Shown here: piece by piece, positions 18,370-28,243 of the stretch
Position numbering within the stretch: position 1 is the first letter of the stretch
How the letters are laid out: every line of letters begins with the position of its first letter
Virus record (IMG/VR): IMGVR_UViG_3300050150_000084
Span: 19,052 to 83,051 of that record
Strand: one strand, 5' to 3'
Origin: a virus
Length of the DNA stretch: 64,000 nucleotides
Translations under genes and position numbers: made by a program
Notes under the pieces: generated by a model
The model's input: the letters and a program-made list of their open reading frames with translations, nothing else
What the model was told of the DNA's origin: nothing
The model's database searches: none

Positions 18370-21345
18370 ATGAGCACTTACGACATCCAACTATCCGCGC
18401 CAGGAATCTTGCGTTCAGAGGCGTTAAATGTTACAATCAAGTTTGACCGAACGGGTCCAAATACTGGACGTATTAGTTGGAACATTCCAGCCCCTGCTGC
18501 GGGCTGCGATGCTGAAACTCAAGCATATTGTGGTATTGTTCTCACGCTGAACACTACTCCTGCGTCCGCCTCAACGTCCCCAAAGAACGGCACGGTATAC
18601 AGCTCCGACCCCACTGGAGACTCCAACCTGTTCGCAGGTGATAAAATCGGTGATGCTTATGTTGTTGGCGCATTCTATGGTGACCGCGTCACCACTATGC
18701 TGGACATTACTGGGTTGCTGCCAAATACAGCGTACTTTGTGGCTGGATACCCCGCTGACTGCCAACACCGGTACTTTGTGGAGGGCGTTCACGCTTATTC
18801 AACTGAGTTTGTTAACCGCGGCACGGACGGTACACGCGGTACTCAAATCGCATTCCTAAAGCCCACGACAATTCCCACGGGCGTGCAGCCTACAGATTCC
18901 ACAGGACTACCGCTACTAACGTCACCTCTGCCTCCTGCACAGCCACAGCCAGCGATATACAATTTCACGATTCAGCTTGGAGTAGATCCCAAGCCACTTC
19001 GTCCTCTCTACGTTGGCGAATGTAATCTCGTTGCGCCAACGTATACCATTAATGTCGCAAGCGCAAATGCTCAAGATTACCAATCGCTGGTTGCAGAAAT
19101 CAACAAACAGCTAGCGTTGATCGGTAATGCTCCACAAGGTCCTACATCGCCTGGCACAAATCATTATTACTGGAACTCCCAACAATCAAAACTGTTCCAG
19201 TGGAATGGCACATCGTACACTGAGATTGCGTGTTTGGTCGGCATATCCCAACCAAATATTGTTGCCGACGGCACGTATTGGTTTAATCCGACCACAAACG
19301 TGCTGCAAGTATGGCAAACGAACGCTTGGGTAATAGTTACGGTATACAACAATCCACTCGACCCTGCCGCACCTGCTGCGGACAAGTCGTATTGGTATGA
19401 CGGTACGGTAGTTCATCTATGGAATGGTTACGCGTGGTGCTCAATTAGCACCACAGTCCAAGCTACAGACCCTTCGCTTGCTGTTGCTCCTGTTGGTGGG
19501 TCGTTTTGGTATAACACAGTACTGAACCGGTTGTACCGTTGGAATTCCGCGCTTGAGATGTGGAATGCAGCCGAATTCATGGAATCGGACGTCAACCCAA
19601 CACAACTACAGCCAGGAGCATTCTGGTTTGATTCGTCCACGAATACCCTGAAGCAGTTAGGCATTCCTAATGCTGGATGGAATGTTGTTTCTGGGGTTTC
19701 CATTCGTGAGGTTGAGCCGTCTACGCCTGCACCGGGCAAGATTTGGTACAATCCGATCACGGAAAACCTCTACATCCGCGATGCAAGCAACACATCCTGG
19801 AATGAGAACGACGTTATTACGTTCCCAAATGATCCTACCGTGCGAGGTTCGTGCGATGCGTGGTGGAATACCGTAGCCGGCATCCTATTTGTGTGGGATC
19901 AACTACAAAATTCGTGGGTTGCTGTAACAAACTTTGTAGACCAACCAAACGATCCCGCATTGGCACCAACGTTCGCGGATGGTTCCGCTTGGATTGACAC
20001 GGATACAGGCAAGCTGTACATTTACGGTAACAACTGCTTTGCGGAGCAGGCTGTAATCACCTCGCCGACTGATCCACGAACTGCGGTAACAGTTGGTTCC
20101 GTTTGGTACAACGGCAATGTGTGGCACGTACGTACGGTATCTGGATGGTCTCCAATTACGCCAGTCGCATTTACAACAGACCCAGCTTTGATGCCTATTG
20201 GCACATTCTGGTACAACACTCCATTCAACGCCCTTCAGCAATGGAACGGGGCGGCGTGGCAAGCCGTAGTATACAACGCTACCCCACAACCACCAGTCAA
20301 GGGCGCGATGTGGTATGACACCACTACGAATATTCTGAAGCAATGGAACGGAACAGCGTGGGTAGCTGCGACACCGCCAGCTACAGTTGAACTGGATTGC
20401 AACGGCAATCTTCTGTTCACCGACAACACGGTTGGCAGCACCTCCATGGTTCGCATTAAGGACGGCGACCTATTCAGCTCAATGACAACTCCACCAACGC
20501 TTGGAGACTTGTCTCCAGGTACGGACGGGGCATCCAGTACACCAACGTACATGGAAATGGGCATTGGTACTGACGGCTCAGTGGCAATGCGTGAGCAGAT
20601 TGGCATGGATATTCGGTACGAATTAGGCTATCCAAATGTTGACGTTGAAATCACAAAGGAGCAGATGGATTACGCAATCTCACGAGCCCTTCGTGAGCTG
20701 CGCATGCGTTCCGGCGTTGCGTACAAGCGCGGATTTTTCTTCATGAGCATCAAGGCGAATGAGCAGAAGTTCTTCCTGACCAACAAAATATCAGACATGA
20801 ACAAGATTGTTGATGTGCTGGGCGTGTACCGCTTAACGTCTTCATTCTTGTCGTCAGCACACGGCGCCGGCGTTTACGGCCAGATTGTGATGCAACATAT
20901 GTACAACATGGGCACTTTTGACCTATTGAGCTACCACTTGATGGGCGAATACACCAAGTTGATGGAAATTCTATTTGCTGGACGCGTAACCTACACATGG
21001 AATGAGCAAACACGTGAATTGTTCCTGCACCACCGCTTCAGCATGGCTGAGCAGATGGTTGCAATTGAAGCAACGATTGAGCGGACGGAGCAAGACATTA
21101 TGTCGGATCGTTACGCCAATCCGTGGATTCGTCGCTATGCGGCTGCTATGTGCCGTTTGATGCTTGCAGAAACGCGCGGCAAGTTCTCTACACTCCCTGG
21201 AGCGGGTGGCTCAATTACACTCAACGCAGGTGAATTGCGTCAAGCTGCTCAGCAAGAAATTGAAGCTTGTCTGCAGGAAATTGATGACTACATCGCCGAT
21301 AAGCCGGATGAGTACGGCATGGGTGCACACTTCGTATTTGGATAA
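18370..21345 (+). CDS. gp13: Neck protein gp13-like with a large N-terminal extension of Trp-rich repeats
   Basis: C-terminal ~250 aa (RYELGYPNVDVEIT..RRYAAAMCRLMLAETRGKFSTLPG..G) is gp13-like; 11 W-[YF]-[ND]..L..W repeats; late box at 18338-18344. Confidence 0.8.
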   Translation: MSTYDIQLSAPGILRSEALNVTIKFDRTGPNTGRISWNIPAPAAGCDAETQAYCGIVLTLNTTPASASTSPKNGTVYSSDPTGDSNLFAGDKIGDAYVVGAFYGDRVTTMLDITGLLPNTAYFVAGYPADCQHRYFVEGVHAYSTEFVNRGTDGTRGTQIAFLKPTTIPTGVQPTDSTGLPLLTSPLPPAQPQPAIYNFTIQLGVDPKPLRPLYVGECNLVAPTYTINVASANAQDYQSLVAEINKQLALIGNAPQGPTSPGTNHYYWNSQQSKLFQWNGTSYTEIACLVGISQPNIVADGTYWFNPTTNVLQVWQTNAWVIVTVYNNPLDPAAPAADKSYWYDGTVVHLWNGYAWCSISTTVQATDPSLAVAPVGGSFWYNTVLNRLYRWNSALEMWNAAEFMESDVNPTQLQPGAFWFDSSTNTLKQLGIPNAGWNVVSGVSIREVEPSTPAPGKIWYNPITENLYIRDASNTSWNENDVITFPNDPTVRGSCDAWWNTVAGILFVWDQLQNSWVAVTNFVDQPNDPALAPTFADGSAWIDTDTGKLYIYGNNCFAEQAVITSPTDPRTAVTVGSVWYNGNVWHVRTVSGWSPITPVAFTTDPALMPIGTFWYNTPFNALQQWNGAAWQAVVYNATPQPPVKGAMWYDTTTNILKQWNGTAWVAATPPATVELDCNGNLLFTDNTVGSTSMVRIKDGDLFSSMTTPPTLGDLSPGTDGASSTPTYMEMGIGTDGSVAMREQIGMDIRYELGYPNVDVEITKEQMDYAISRALRELRMRSGVAYKRGFFFMSIKANEQKFFLTNKISDMNKIVDVLGVYRLTSSFLSSAHGAGVYGQIVMQHMYNMGTFDLLSYHLMGEYTKLMEILFAGRVTYTWNEQTRELFLHHRFSMAEQMVAIEATIERTEQDIMSDRYANPWIRRYAAAMCRLMLAETRGKFSTLPGAGGSITLNAGELRQAAQQEIEACLQEIDDYIADKPDEYGMGAHFVFG

Positions 21346-21351
21346 TCTACA

Positions 21352-22905
21352 ATGGCAACAAACCCAACCCTAAAATGCAAGACGCCTAACGTATGTCAGC
21401 CCTGGGACTTCTCTGCCCAGGGCCGTACTGATACGTATGCAAGTTTGTTGCAACAAGAATCGCTAAACATTGCTGGTGCAACGATTAATGTCCATAAATT
21501 ACTCGGCATTCACGAACAACAGCGCTTGGTCGACTTGGCAGGAAACGGCAAGGCACTGTCGGGTGGGGATGCCCCCAACTACCCAGCAGCAAACGCATTC
21601 ACCACCACTGCAAATGAATGGCGGTCACGTCAAACTGGCACACAGGCAATCAGCGCATCAGCATACATTGGATACGACTTCGGTGAGGTGAAGATTGCTA
21701 ACGGTCGTCGTCGATATGGTGTTGACGCCAATGTTCGTGTGCATATCGCATCTATGAAGATCAAACAGAGTGCAAACCCTCTACTCCGCGTTGCCAAAGT
21801 CCGCATAGAGCGATCTGACGACAACGTCCAATGGTACGGCGTTGCCGTGGTTGACCTGCCGAATGATGATGTGTTAAACACAGTTACATTCAAAAGCTCC
21901 GCGCCCAATCGGTACTGGAGGCTTCGTCCGATTGGATTCGTTGGAGGTCAATGTGATGCGTGGGGCGTTCAAGCCCTGGAGCTCATGGAATATGAGGCCA
22001 CAAAGTTTGACAACATCCAAGACAAAATCCTGATGGAGAATCGGGATCGTGACTATTCACAGCCCGCAATTGCCTGCCGTGGGTTTTACGACATTGTCGC
22101 TCCGATGATGGATCTTGGTCAGTTTGGTGCAGCGTGGCAAGACACATACACAATCAAACTGAACTTTGGACATTGTATCGAGAAGCTAGGTCGACCTGTT
22201 ATCATTGGTGACATCATTGAGCTGCCGAGCGAAGCGCAATATACTCCAGACTTGCGTGAAGTAAAACGCTTCCTTGAAGTGACGGACGTGACGTGGGATT
22301 CTTCGTCATATACCCCGGGGTGGACACCAACTATTCTAGCAATTACAGCAAAACAAGCTCTCGCATCGCAAGAAACACAGGACATCTTCGGTGATCTGCG
22401 CACCATGGTAGACAATTCCGACCTGTTTGCCACTTCCAACAAGAAGGGTGCGGAGTATCAAGACTTCTCCGTCATCACGCACAATATTGCAGCTGATGCA
22501 AAGACGGCAGTGCCTGAATACGGCAGCGAGGGATCGAACACCATACGTGAGTTCACTGATGAGGAATTAAATACCGCTAAGGCGTCAGGATTCCCTCACA
22601 TCCGCAAGATGAACTTTAACAAGACGGGACTGTTTGTCGAGGACGGCATTCCTCAAAACGGCGCTCCGTTCACGGAAGGACCTGTGCTGCCTGATGTGGC
22701 TAACGCAAACGATGGTGATCACCACCGGTTGACGTACGAAGGTACTGCCAAGGACGTACCAACCCGCCTGTACCGTTATTCAGCGACTAAGAATCGTTGG
22801 ATCTATCTGGAGACAGACCGCCGCGAACAGTACAACACAATGAAGAACAATCTGGAAGAGTACACAACTAATCCAGCTAAGATACCAGCAAGGAATATTC
22901 GATAA
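21352..22905 (+). CDS. gp14: Neck protein gp14-like with an inserted discoidin (F5/8 type C) domain
   Basis: LLQQESLNIAG..VHK and LGRPVIIGDIIELP..EVTDV flank YIGYDFG..IERSDDNVQW..RYWRL; lies between gp13 and gp15. Confidence 0.7.
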   Translation: MATNPTLKCKTPNVCQPWDFSAQGRTDTYASLLQQESLNIAGATINVHKLLGIHEQQRLVDLAGNGKALSGGDAPNYPAANAFTTTANEWRSRQTGTQAISASAYIGYDFGEVKIANGRRRYGVDANVRVHIASMKIKQSANPLLRVAKVRIERSDDNVQWYGVAVVDLPNDDVLNTVTFKSSAPNRYWRLRPIGFVGGQCDAWGVQALELMEYEATKFDNIQDKILMENRDRDYSQPAIACRGFYDIVAPMMDLGQFGAAWQDTYTIKLNFGHCIEKLGRPVIIGDIIELPSEAQYTPDLREVKRFLEVTDVTWDSSSYTPGWTPTILAITAKQALASQETQDIFGDLRTMVDNSDLFATSNKKGAEYQDFSVITHNIAADAKTAVPEYGSEGSNTIREFTDEELNTAKASGFPHIRKMNFNKTGLFVEDGIPQNGAPFTEGPVLPDVANANDGDHHRLTYEGTAKDVPTRLYRYSATKNRWIYLETDRREQYNTMKNNLEEYTTNPAKIPARNIR

Positions 22906-23672
22906 TGGCATACCAAGCAGACGGCTACTACTATGATGCGCAGCTACGCAGCTACATCCTTCAATTCATGGCAATCTTCACCGGCTTGCAGGTGCAGATT
23001 GGTAAGTGGGGTACTGTGGATGAGCGGTTGATTGAAGTACCAATTCACTACGGAGCCCAGGACCGTGTAGTTGCAGCAATCATGACTGACAATACAGCAA
23101 ACAAGCCGTTACGGCTCCCTGTCATGAGTGCGTACCTACGTGGGATCAATATGGATCCAGCACGAATGGTTGGCATTGGGGTAGAACGCCGGCAAGCATA
23201 CGTTCCAGTTGGTGGATTGGCACCAGATGACATCAGGGTAGTGTATCAGCGCAAACCAATGCCGTACACGATTGATGTTGACCTGTCAATCTACTCAAGC
23301 AATTCTGAGCAACACTTTCAAATCCTGGAACAAATCTTACCAATCTTCGATCCACAGCTGGTAATTCAAACATCTGACGGTGTGTTTGATATGACTCGGC
23401 TAACTCATGTACTGCTAAAAGGCATCAACAATGATACTCCGTATCCTGTGGGACAAGACCGTCGAATCATCCAGAGTACGTTGAATTTTGAAATTCCAAT
23501 TTGGATTGACACTCCTGCTGATGTCCGTCGTAACTTCGTTGAGAAGGTGTTTCTACGTATTGGTGCTGTTGGTACCAGTGCATCAACAAACTACGAAATG
23601 TTGGATGAACTTGATGCTCAAGGTATCCCGTACGAAAAGATCGCAGACATCGGCGACCTTCCGCCCATGTAA
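22905..23672 (+). CDS. gp15: Tail sheath stabiliser/terminator
   Basis: YYYDAQLRSYILQF..F, VPIHYG, LPVMS, PMPYTI..LSIY, QILEQILPIFDP. Confidence 0.85.
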   Translation: MAYQADGYYYDAQLRSYILQFMAIFTGLQVQIGKWGTVDERLIEVPIHYGAQDRVVAAIMTDNTANKPLRLPVMSAYLRGINMDPARMVGIGVERRQAYVPVGGLAPDDIRVVYQRKPMPYTIDVDLSIYSSNSEQHFQILEQILPIFDPQLVIQTSDGVFDMTRLTHVLLKGINNDTPYPVGQDRRIIQSTLNFEIPIWIDTPADVRRNFVEKVFLRIGAVGTSASTNYEMLDELDAQGIPYEKIADIGDLPPM

Positions 23673-23736
23673 ATTTGGAAAATTGAGGGACACCACGATA
23701 AATAATGCCATAATTTGATTTCCCTAGGAGTCACAC

Positions 23737-25713
23737 ATGGCAAACCTCGTAAGTGCTGGCGTAAGCGTAACCGTTACAGATGAATCGTTTTTCATCCCTG
23801 CGGCTGCGGCCACAGTACCTCTAATCTTCATCGCTACAGCAGATGAGAAGAAGCGTGCAGACGGCGTCACCGACGCTGCCGGCACATTTGAAAGCAACGT
23901 CATTCGTACGGTCACGTCGTTGAAGCAAAGCACAGAACTGTACGGCGTTCCGAAGTTCCGTAAAGACTCCACAGGCAGTCAGTTCCACGGCGATGCTCGT
24001 AACGAATACGGTCTATTCGCATTGAACCAGTTCCTTGGTGTTGGTAGCTACGCATACGTAGTCCGCGCCAACGTGAACCTAGACGATGACCTAGCAAGTA
24101 TCCGCACGATGTGGGATACGAAGATGCAGGAATCCAGCTACGTTCTGGAAAACCTAATCAACTCGTATTTGAACGAATACAACCTATCTAACGGCTTCGT
24201 CGTCAGTAGCGTTGGTCTCGTCAACACTGTCACGGTTACGGCTGGTACGGGTTACACACCTGGCACATACACCAACGTCGTGTTGTCTGGTGGTACAGGT
24301 ACTGGCGCAACGGCAACGATTGTTGTTGGCGCAGGCGGAACTGTTACAAGCGCTTCGATCACACCTACGATGCGTGGCACCGGCTATCAAGTTGGCAACA
24401 TCCTGACCGCTGCAGCTCTGACTGGCGGTACGGGCTTCCAACTAACTGTTGCAACTATCACAGGATACAAGTCAACCGTTGCTAAAGCCACAGTTGAATC
24501 ACTGGCAGCAACCGCTACTACGGCTGTTTGGCAGAAGTTCTCGTTCCGCAACTCACAAGCTAGCTTCACTGACGATGTGACAGCTGTCCCTCAACCAATG
24601 TATCCTAACGGCTACACTCAACCAGCTGTTGGCGCTTTCAAAGGCTTTAAGGGTGACACTGCAGCATTCGTGAACGGTGGACAAGGTAGTGTTGTAGCTA
24701 CGGAGTTTACTGCCCAAGAAGCAGCAAACCTGCTACTTGGATCGGGAGACCAGTTTAAGTACACGATTACCTTCCGTGACCAAACAAGTCTTGGTGCTAA
24801 CGATGCGGCGCGTCGTGTTGCAATTGTCAATGCTCTTCAAGCAGCAGTCAACAGCAATACTGACATCCGTTCTGAATCGTATGAGTACAACTTGATCCTG
24901 TGCCCAGGCTACCACGAAGTTGCTGACGAAATGCTGGCCCTGCGCACGGACATCCAAGACGAAGCATTTGTGATTGCTGATACACCAATGAACCTGTCGC
25001 CTGAAGATGTGGTCACGTGGGCAGCTACTACCGCACGTCGTACTGGCGTTGGCATCGCTTACTACTACCCACACGGCTTTGCGTCCAACCTCGACGGCAC
25101 CAACGTATTCGTTGCAGCTTCGGGCATTGCTCTGCGCACATTGACATACAGCGACGATGTGTCGGAACTGTGGTTTGCGCCAGCAGGTACTCGCCGTGGC
25201 TTGGTATCTGGTCTGTCAGACGTTGGCTACGTCACCGGTACATTGGGTGCTGCTACAACATTTGTACCAGTTGCTCTGAACCAAGGTCAGCGTGACAACA
25301 TGTACAAATACTTCACAAACATTAACCCGATCGTGTTCTTCCCAGGTCGTGGCATCATTGTGTGGGGTCAAAAGACCTCGGCGCCTGCTGCTTCGGCTCG
25401 TGACCGCATCAACGTTGAACGTCTGCTTGGCTACGTTCGTCGTCAACTGCGCAAGAACACCATGCCGTTTGTGTTTGAACCAAACGATCAACTGACTCGC
25501 GACAACCTGAAGGCTGCCGTAGACGGATTCCTTGGTGACCTGATCACCAAGCGCGGCCTCTACGACTTTGCGACGATTTGTGATGAATCAAACAACACTG
25601 CTGACCGCATCGACCGCAACGAGATGTACATCGACATTGCACTGAAGCCAGTACGCGCAGCTGAATTCATCTACATCCCAATCCGCGTTGTTGCAACAGG
25701 CACGGAAATCTAA
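23737..25713 (+). CDS. gp18: Tail sheath protein
   Basis: LVSAGVSVTVTDES, WFAPAGTRRG, INPIVFFPGRGIIVWGQKT, DRINVERL, YIDIALKPVRAAEFIYI; late box at 23698-23704. Confidence 0.96.
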   Translation: MANLVSAGVSVTVTDESFFIPAAAATVPLIFIATADEKKRADGVTDAAGTFESNVIRTVTSLKQSTELYGVPKFRKDSTGSQFHGDARNEYGLFALNQFLGVGSYAYVVRANVNLDDDLASIRTMWDTKMQESSYVLENLINSYLNEYNLSNGFVVSSVGLVNTVTVTAGTGYTPGTYTNVVLSGGTGTGATATIVVGAGGTVTSASITPTMRGTGYQVGNILTAAALTGGTGFQLTVATITGYKSTVAKATVESLAATATTAVWQKFSFRNSQASFTDDVTAVPQPMYPNGYTQPAVGAFKGFKGDTAAFVNGGQGSVVATEFTAQEAANLLLGSGDQFKYTITFRDQTSLGANDAARRVAIVNALQAAVNSNTDIRSESYEYNLILCPGYHEVADEMLALRTDIQDEAFVIADTPMNLSPEDVVTWAATTARRTGVGIAYYYPHGFASNLDGTNVFVAASGIALRTLTYSDDVSELWFAPAGTRRGLVSGLSDVGYVTGTLGAATTFVPVALNQGQRDNMYKYFTNINPIVFFPGRGIIVWGQKTSAPAASARDRINVERLLGYVRRQLRKNTMPFVFEPNDQLTRDNLKAAVDGFLGDLITKRGLYDFATICDESNNTADRIDRNEMYIDIALKPVRAAEFIYIPIRVVATGTEI

Positions 25714-25738
25714 ATAGAGAGACAAAAGGAGAACAACC

Positions 25739-26329
25739 GTGAGTACAATTAATGATTTTGGTATCCCTGGCGTCGGCTCTGGTATTGCGCATCCTAAGCA
25801 CAAGAACCGCTGGCGTGTAACATTTGCAGGCATGGGAGGCGGCGAAAACAGCATCCCTGTGTCAATGCAAGCCATCACTGTTACCCGCCCGAAGCTGTCT
25901 AAGAGCGAAATTGAATTGCATCGCTACAACTCAACCGCATGGGTTGCTGGTAAGCATACGTGGGATCCAATGTCCCTAACGATTCAAGATGACATTACGT
26001 CAGCAGCATCGCGCGTCATTCAAGCTCAACTGCAAAAGCAGCAGTGGTTGATTGGTGCAGAAGGCCAATGGTTGGGCGCAGCTGGCGAAGGTTCGCTGTA
26101 CAAGTTCGTTACCTACATCGACATGCTCGACGGCCGTGATCAGGTTGTTGAAAAGTGGACGATGGAAGGTTGCTGGCTGAAGGAAGTTGACTGGACGGAT
26201 CTGGACTACGCTTCCACATCTGATGCTGTGAACATCAACCTAACGATTCGTTTCGACCACGCTCGTCAGAGTCTTGGAGGTTACGATCAAGGTCTGGGCA
26301 TTGCCACAGGCGGCGCAGGTAAGATTTAA
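25739..26329 (+). CDS. gp19: Tail tube protein
   Basis: HPKHKNRWRVTF, GKHTWDPMSLTIQDD, WTMEGCW, LTIRFDHA; follows the sheath gene. Confidence 0.9.
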   Translation: MSTINDFGIPGVGSGIAHPKHKNRWRVTFAGMGGGENSIPVSMQAITVTRPKLSKSEIELHRYNSTAWVAGKHTWDPMSLTIQDDITSAASRVIQAQLQKQQWLIGAEGQWLGAAGEGSLYKFVTYIDMLDGRDQVVEKWTMEGCWLKEVDWTDLDYASTSDAVNINLTIRFDHARQSLGGYDQGLGIATGGAGKI

Positions 26330-26344
26330 TCATTACGGTGATTG

Positions 26345-26372
26345 AAAAAAGGGTGCTTCGGCACCCTTTTTT
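26345..26372 (+). terminator. Intrinsic terminator after the tube gene
   Basis: aaaaaagggtgc-TTCG-gcaccctttttt. Confidence 0.9.
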
Positions 26373-26373
26373 G

Positions 26374-26402
26374 TTGACTTGTTGAATGAGCGGGGTTACG
26401 CT
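26374..26402 (+). promoter_or_regulatory. sigma70-type promoter for the tube paralog (predicted leaderless mRNA)
   Basis: TTGACT-N17-TACGCT; ATG begins 7 nt after the -10 box; no SD. Confidence 0.5.
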
Positions 26403-26408
26403 AACCGG

Positions 26409-26786
26409 ATGACTAATGCAGCAATAACAATAACAACAGCGGCCCACAAAATGGCCGTTGGTGATGGCGTCGTTGAATCGGCAACAATAACCAATCCCAT
26501 AAACAGTCAGCATACCGTTGGGTTGGTGTGGGCTCCAGTGACTATCAATATCCCTCTAACTGCTGATAATCAGCACTTGGCGTCACTGATCAACGAACAA
26601 CTGGACGCACAGCTCAGGTCTGGACTCTCAGCAAAATGCAGTCTTGAGCTTCTGGGCCTGGATACGGATTACTCAGGTACTCTCGAAGGGTGCTGGATTC
26701 AGTCCGCTAACTGGTTGCACGAAGAGCTGCTGACAGTTGAAATTCGAGCTGATCACTGGAGGCAGAGGAAGTTTACGCACCCATAA
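26409..26786 (+). CDS. Shortened, diverged paralog of the tail tube protein
   Basis: Colinear motif matches to gp19: WAPVTINI/WDPMSLTI, LINEQLDAQ/VIQAQLQKQ, TLEGCWIQSANW/TMEGCWLKEVDW, IRADHWRQ/IRFDHARQ. Confidence 0.65.
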   Translation: MTNAAITITTAAHKMAVGDGVVESATITNPINSQHTVGLVWAPVTINIPLTADNQHLASLINEQLDAQLRSGLSAKCSLELLGLDTDYSGTLEGCWIQSANWLHEELLTVEIRADHWRQRKFTHP

Positions 26787-26809
26787 ATACTCCAAATCTG
26801 GAGATTTTC

Positions 26810-28240
26810 ATGGGTGATCCACGTACTTTTACCGTTAAACAATGTGAGCCATCTTATGCTGACCGTAGTGGCGCAAGCATTGGCAGTGCGACGAGTGCTC
26901 GCCGCGACTTTTTCAATGCTATAGGCAAAGTCGGTGACCTAGCCGTATTGAATAGTGTGGGCGCCGGCAAAGTCGGTGCAGGACTACGCACTCTTGCCAG
27001 CATCTCAAACACCATTCGTGTGGGGAACGGAGCACTCCCGTCTTCGATTGGATCATCCATTGACAACGGTGCAAACTGGGTGCTTGAAACAACGGGCATT
27101 GCCCCCTCCGTAGTCGACACCCTACGCGGCTTCCATCCCGAAATTGCAAACCAGGCATACGGACAGGCAAAGGTAGTGTTTGACTCCGTTAAACGTGGCA
27201 AATTCAAAGCTCGTGACATCCCCAATGTACTACAAGACTTCCAGAACTTGGAACGTCTCGGCCGCAGCATCTTTACGCCTGGTGGGGACGACGTGCAATC
27301 ATCGCTAGGAGAACACTGCCAGTATTCCCCATACGCCGTTGACCTGATTGCTCGAGCACCAAAATACAAATTCTTGTTTGTAATTGAATTCGTGGTAAAC
27401 GGAGCGTACGCTGAGCTGAATACGGCCACCGGGCCATTGAACATGGCCTTTGCTGTAAAGAAGTCTACGCGGCCAAATCCTAAGTTCATATACGAAGACG
27501 CAAACTATTACGGCCATCGTACCAAAATTCTTACTAAAACAGAGTACGAAGACATGACCATGTCGTTCCACGACGACAATATGAACTACGCCACCACGTT
27601 CTATCACTCCTACTTGCGTGCCATGATTCCGTCATCTGGCATGAACCCAAGCAACGGCGGGACAACACCAAGCATCCTAGAGCAGGATAGCATGTCGTAC
27701 AGTGACACTAGTGTGCTCGCAGCAGATCAAATTTTGCAGCACATTCCCGCAAACGTGTACTCTGCATCTACCGGTCCTCTAAACAAAGATGTAAAAAGTA
27801 TCTTCTCTGAGATCCGCATGTACCACATCTTCGACAACGGCAACCGGATGAATGTATGGCACTTCTCCAACCCACGTATCACTACGCTCGCCCTCGATGA
27901 TGTTGATATGTCAGCAGGAAGCGAAGGGAACGAACTGTCCCTGACATTTGGATATGACAGTTTGTACCTCGAGCCTGATGTTGATATGTCAACGGCTTCG
28001 TTTGCCGATCTTCAACGTGGTGCGTACTATCCGCTACGGTATGTCGGAGCACCAAACAAGTCATCTACACTCGCATCGGTTGTTAGCAACCCGCTGTCAA
28101 GCTTGAGCACGTCTGCACAGAACCTGATGAATACGGCAACAGCTCAAGCTCAAACGCTGTACAGTTCGGCTGTAACCGCAGCAAGCGATCTATCATCCAA
28201 ATTCAGTAATCCAATGAGTGGATTTGACATTCTTGGATAA
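26810..28240 (+). CDS. Tail tube-fold baseplate protein (gp54/gp48-like) with N- and C-terminal extensions
   Basis: PKYKFLFVIEF..AVKKSTRP..NYYGHRTKILTKTEYEDMTMSFHDD tube-fold motifs; late box at 26783-26789. Confidence 0.65.
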   Translation: MGDPRTFTVKQCEPSYADRSGASIGSATSARRDFFNAIGKVGDLAVLNSVGAGKVGAGLRTLASISNTIRVGNGALPSSIGSSIDNGANWVLETTGIAPSVVDTLRGFHPEIANQAYGQAKVVFDSVKRGKFKARDIPNVLQDFQNLERLGRSIFTPGGDDVQSSLGEHCQYSPYAVDLIARAPKYKFLFVIEFVVNGAYAELNTATGPLNMAFAVKKSTRPNPKFIYEDANYYGHRTKILTKTEYEDMTMSFHDDNMNYATTFYHSYLRAMIPSSGMNPSNGGTTPSILEQDSMSYSDTSVLAADQILQHIPANVYSASTGPLNKDVKSIFSEIRMYHIFDNGNRMNVWHFSNPRITTLALDDVDMSAGSEGNELSLTFGYDSLYLEPDVDMSTASFADLQRGAYYPLRYVGAPNKSSTLASVVSNPLSSLSTSAQNLMNTATAQAQTLYSSAVTAASDLSSKFSNPMSGFDILG

Positions 28241-28243
28241 ACC

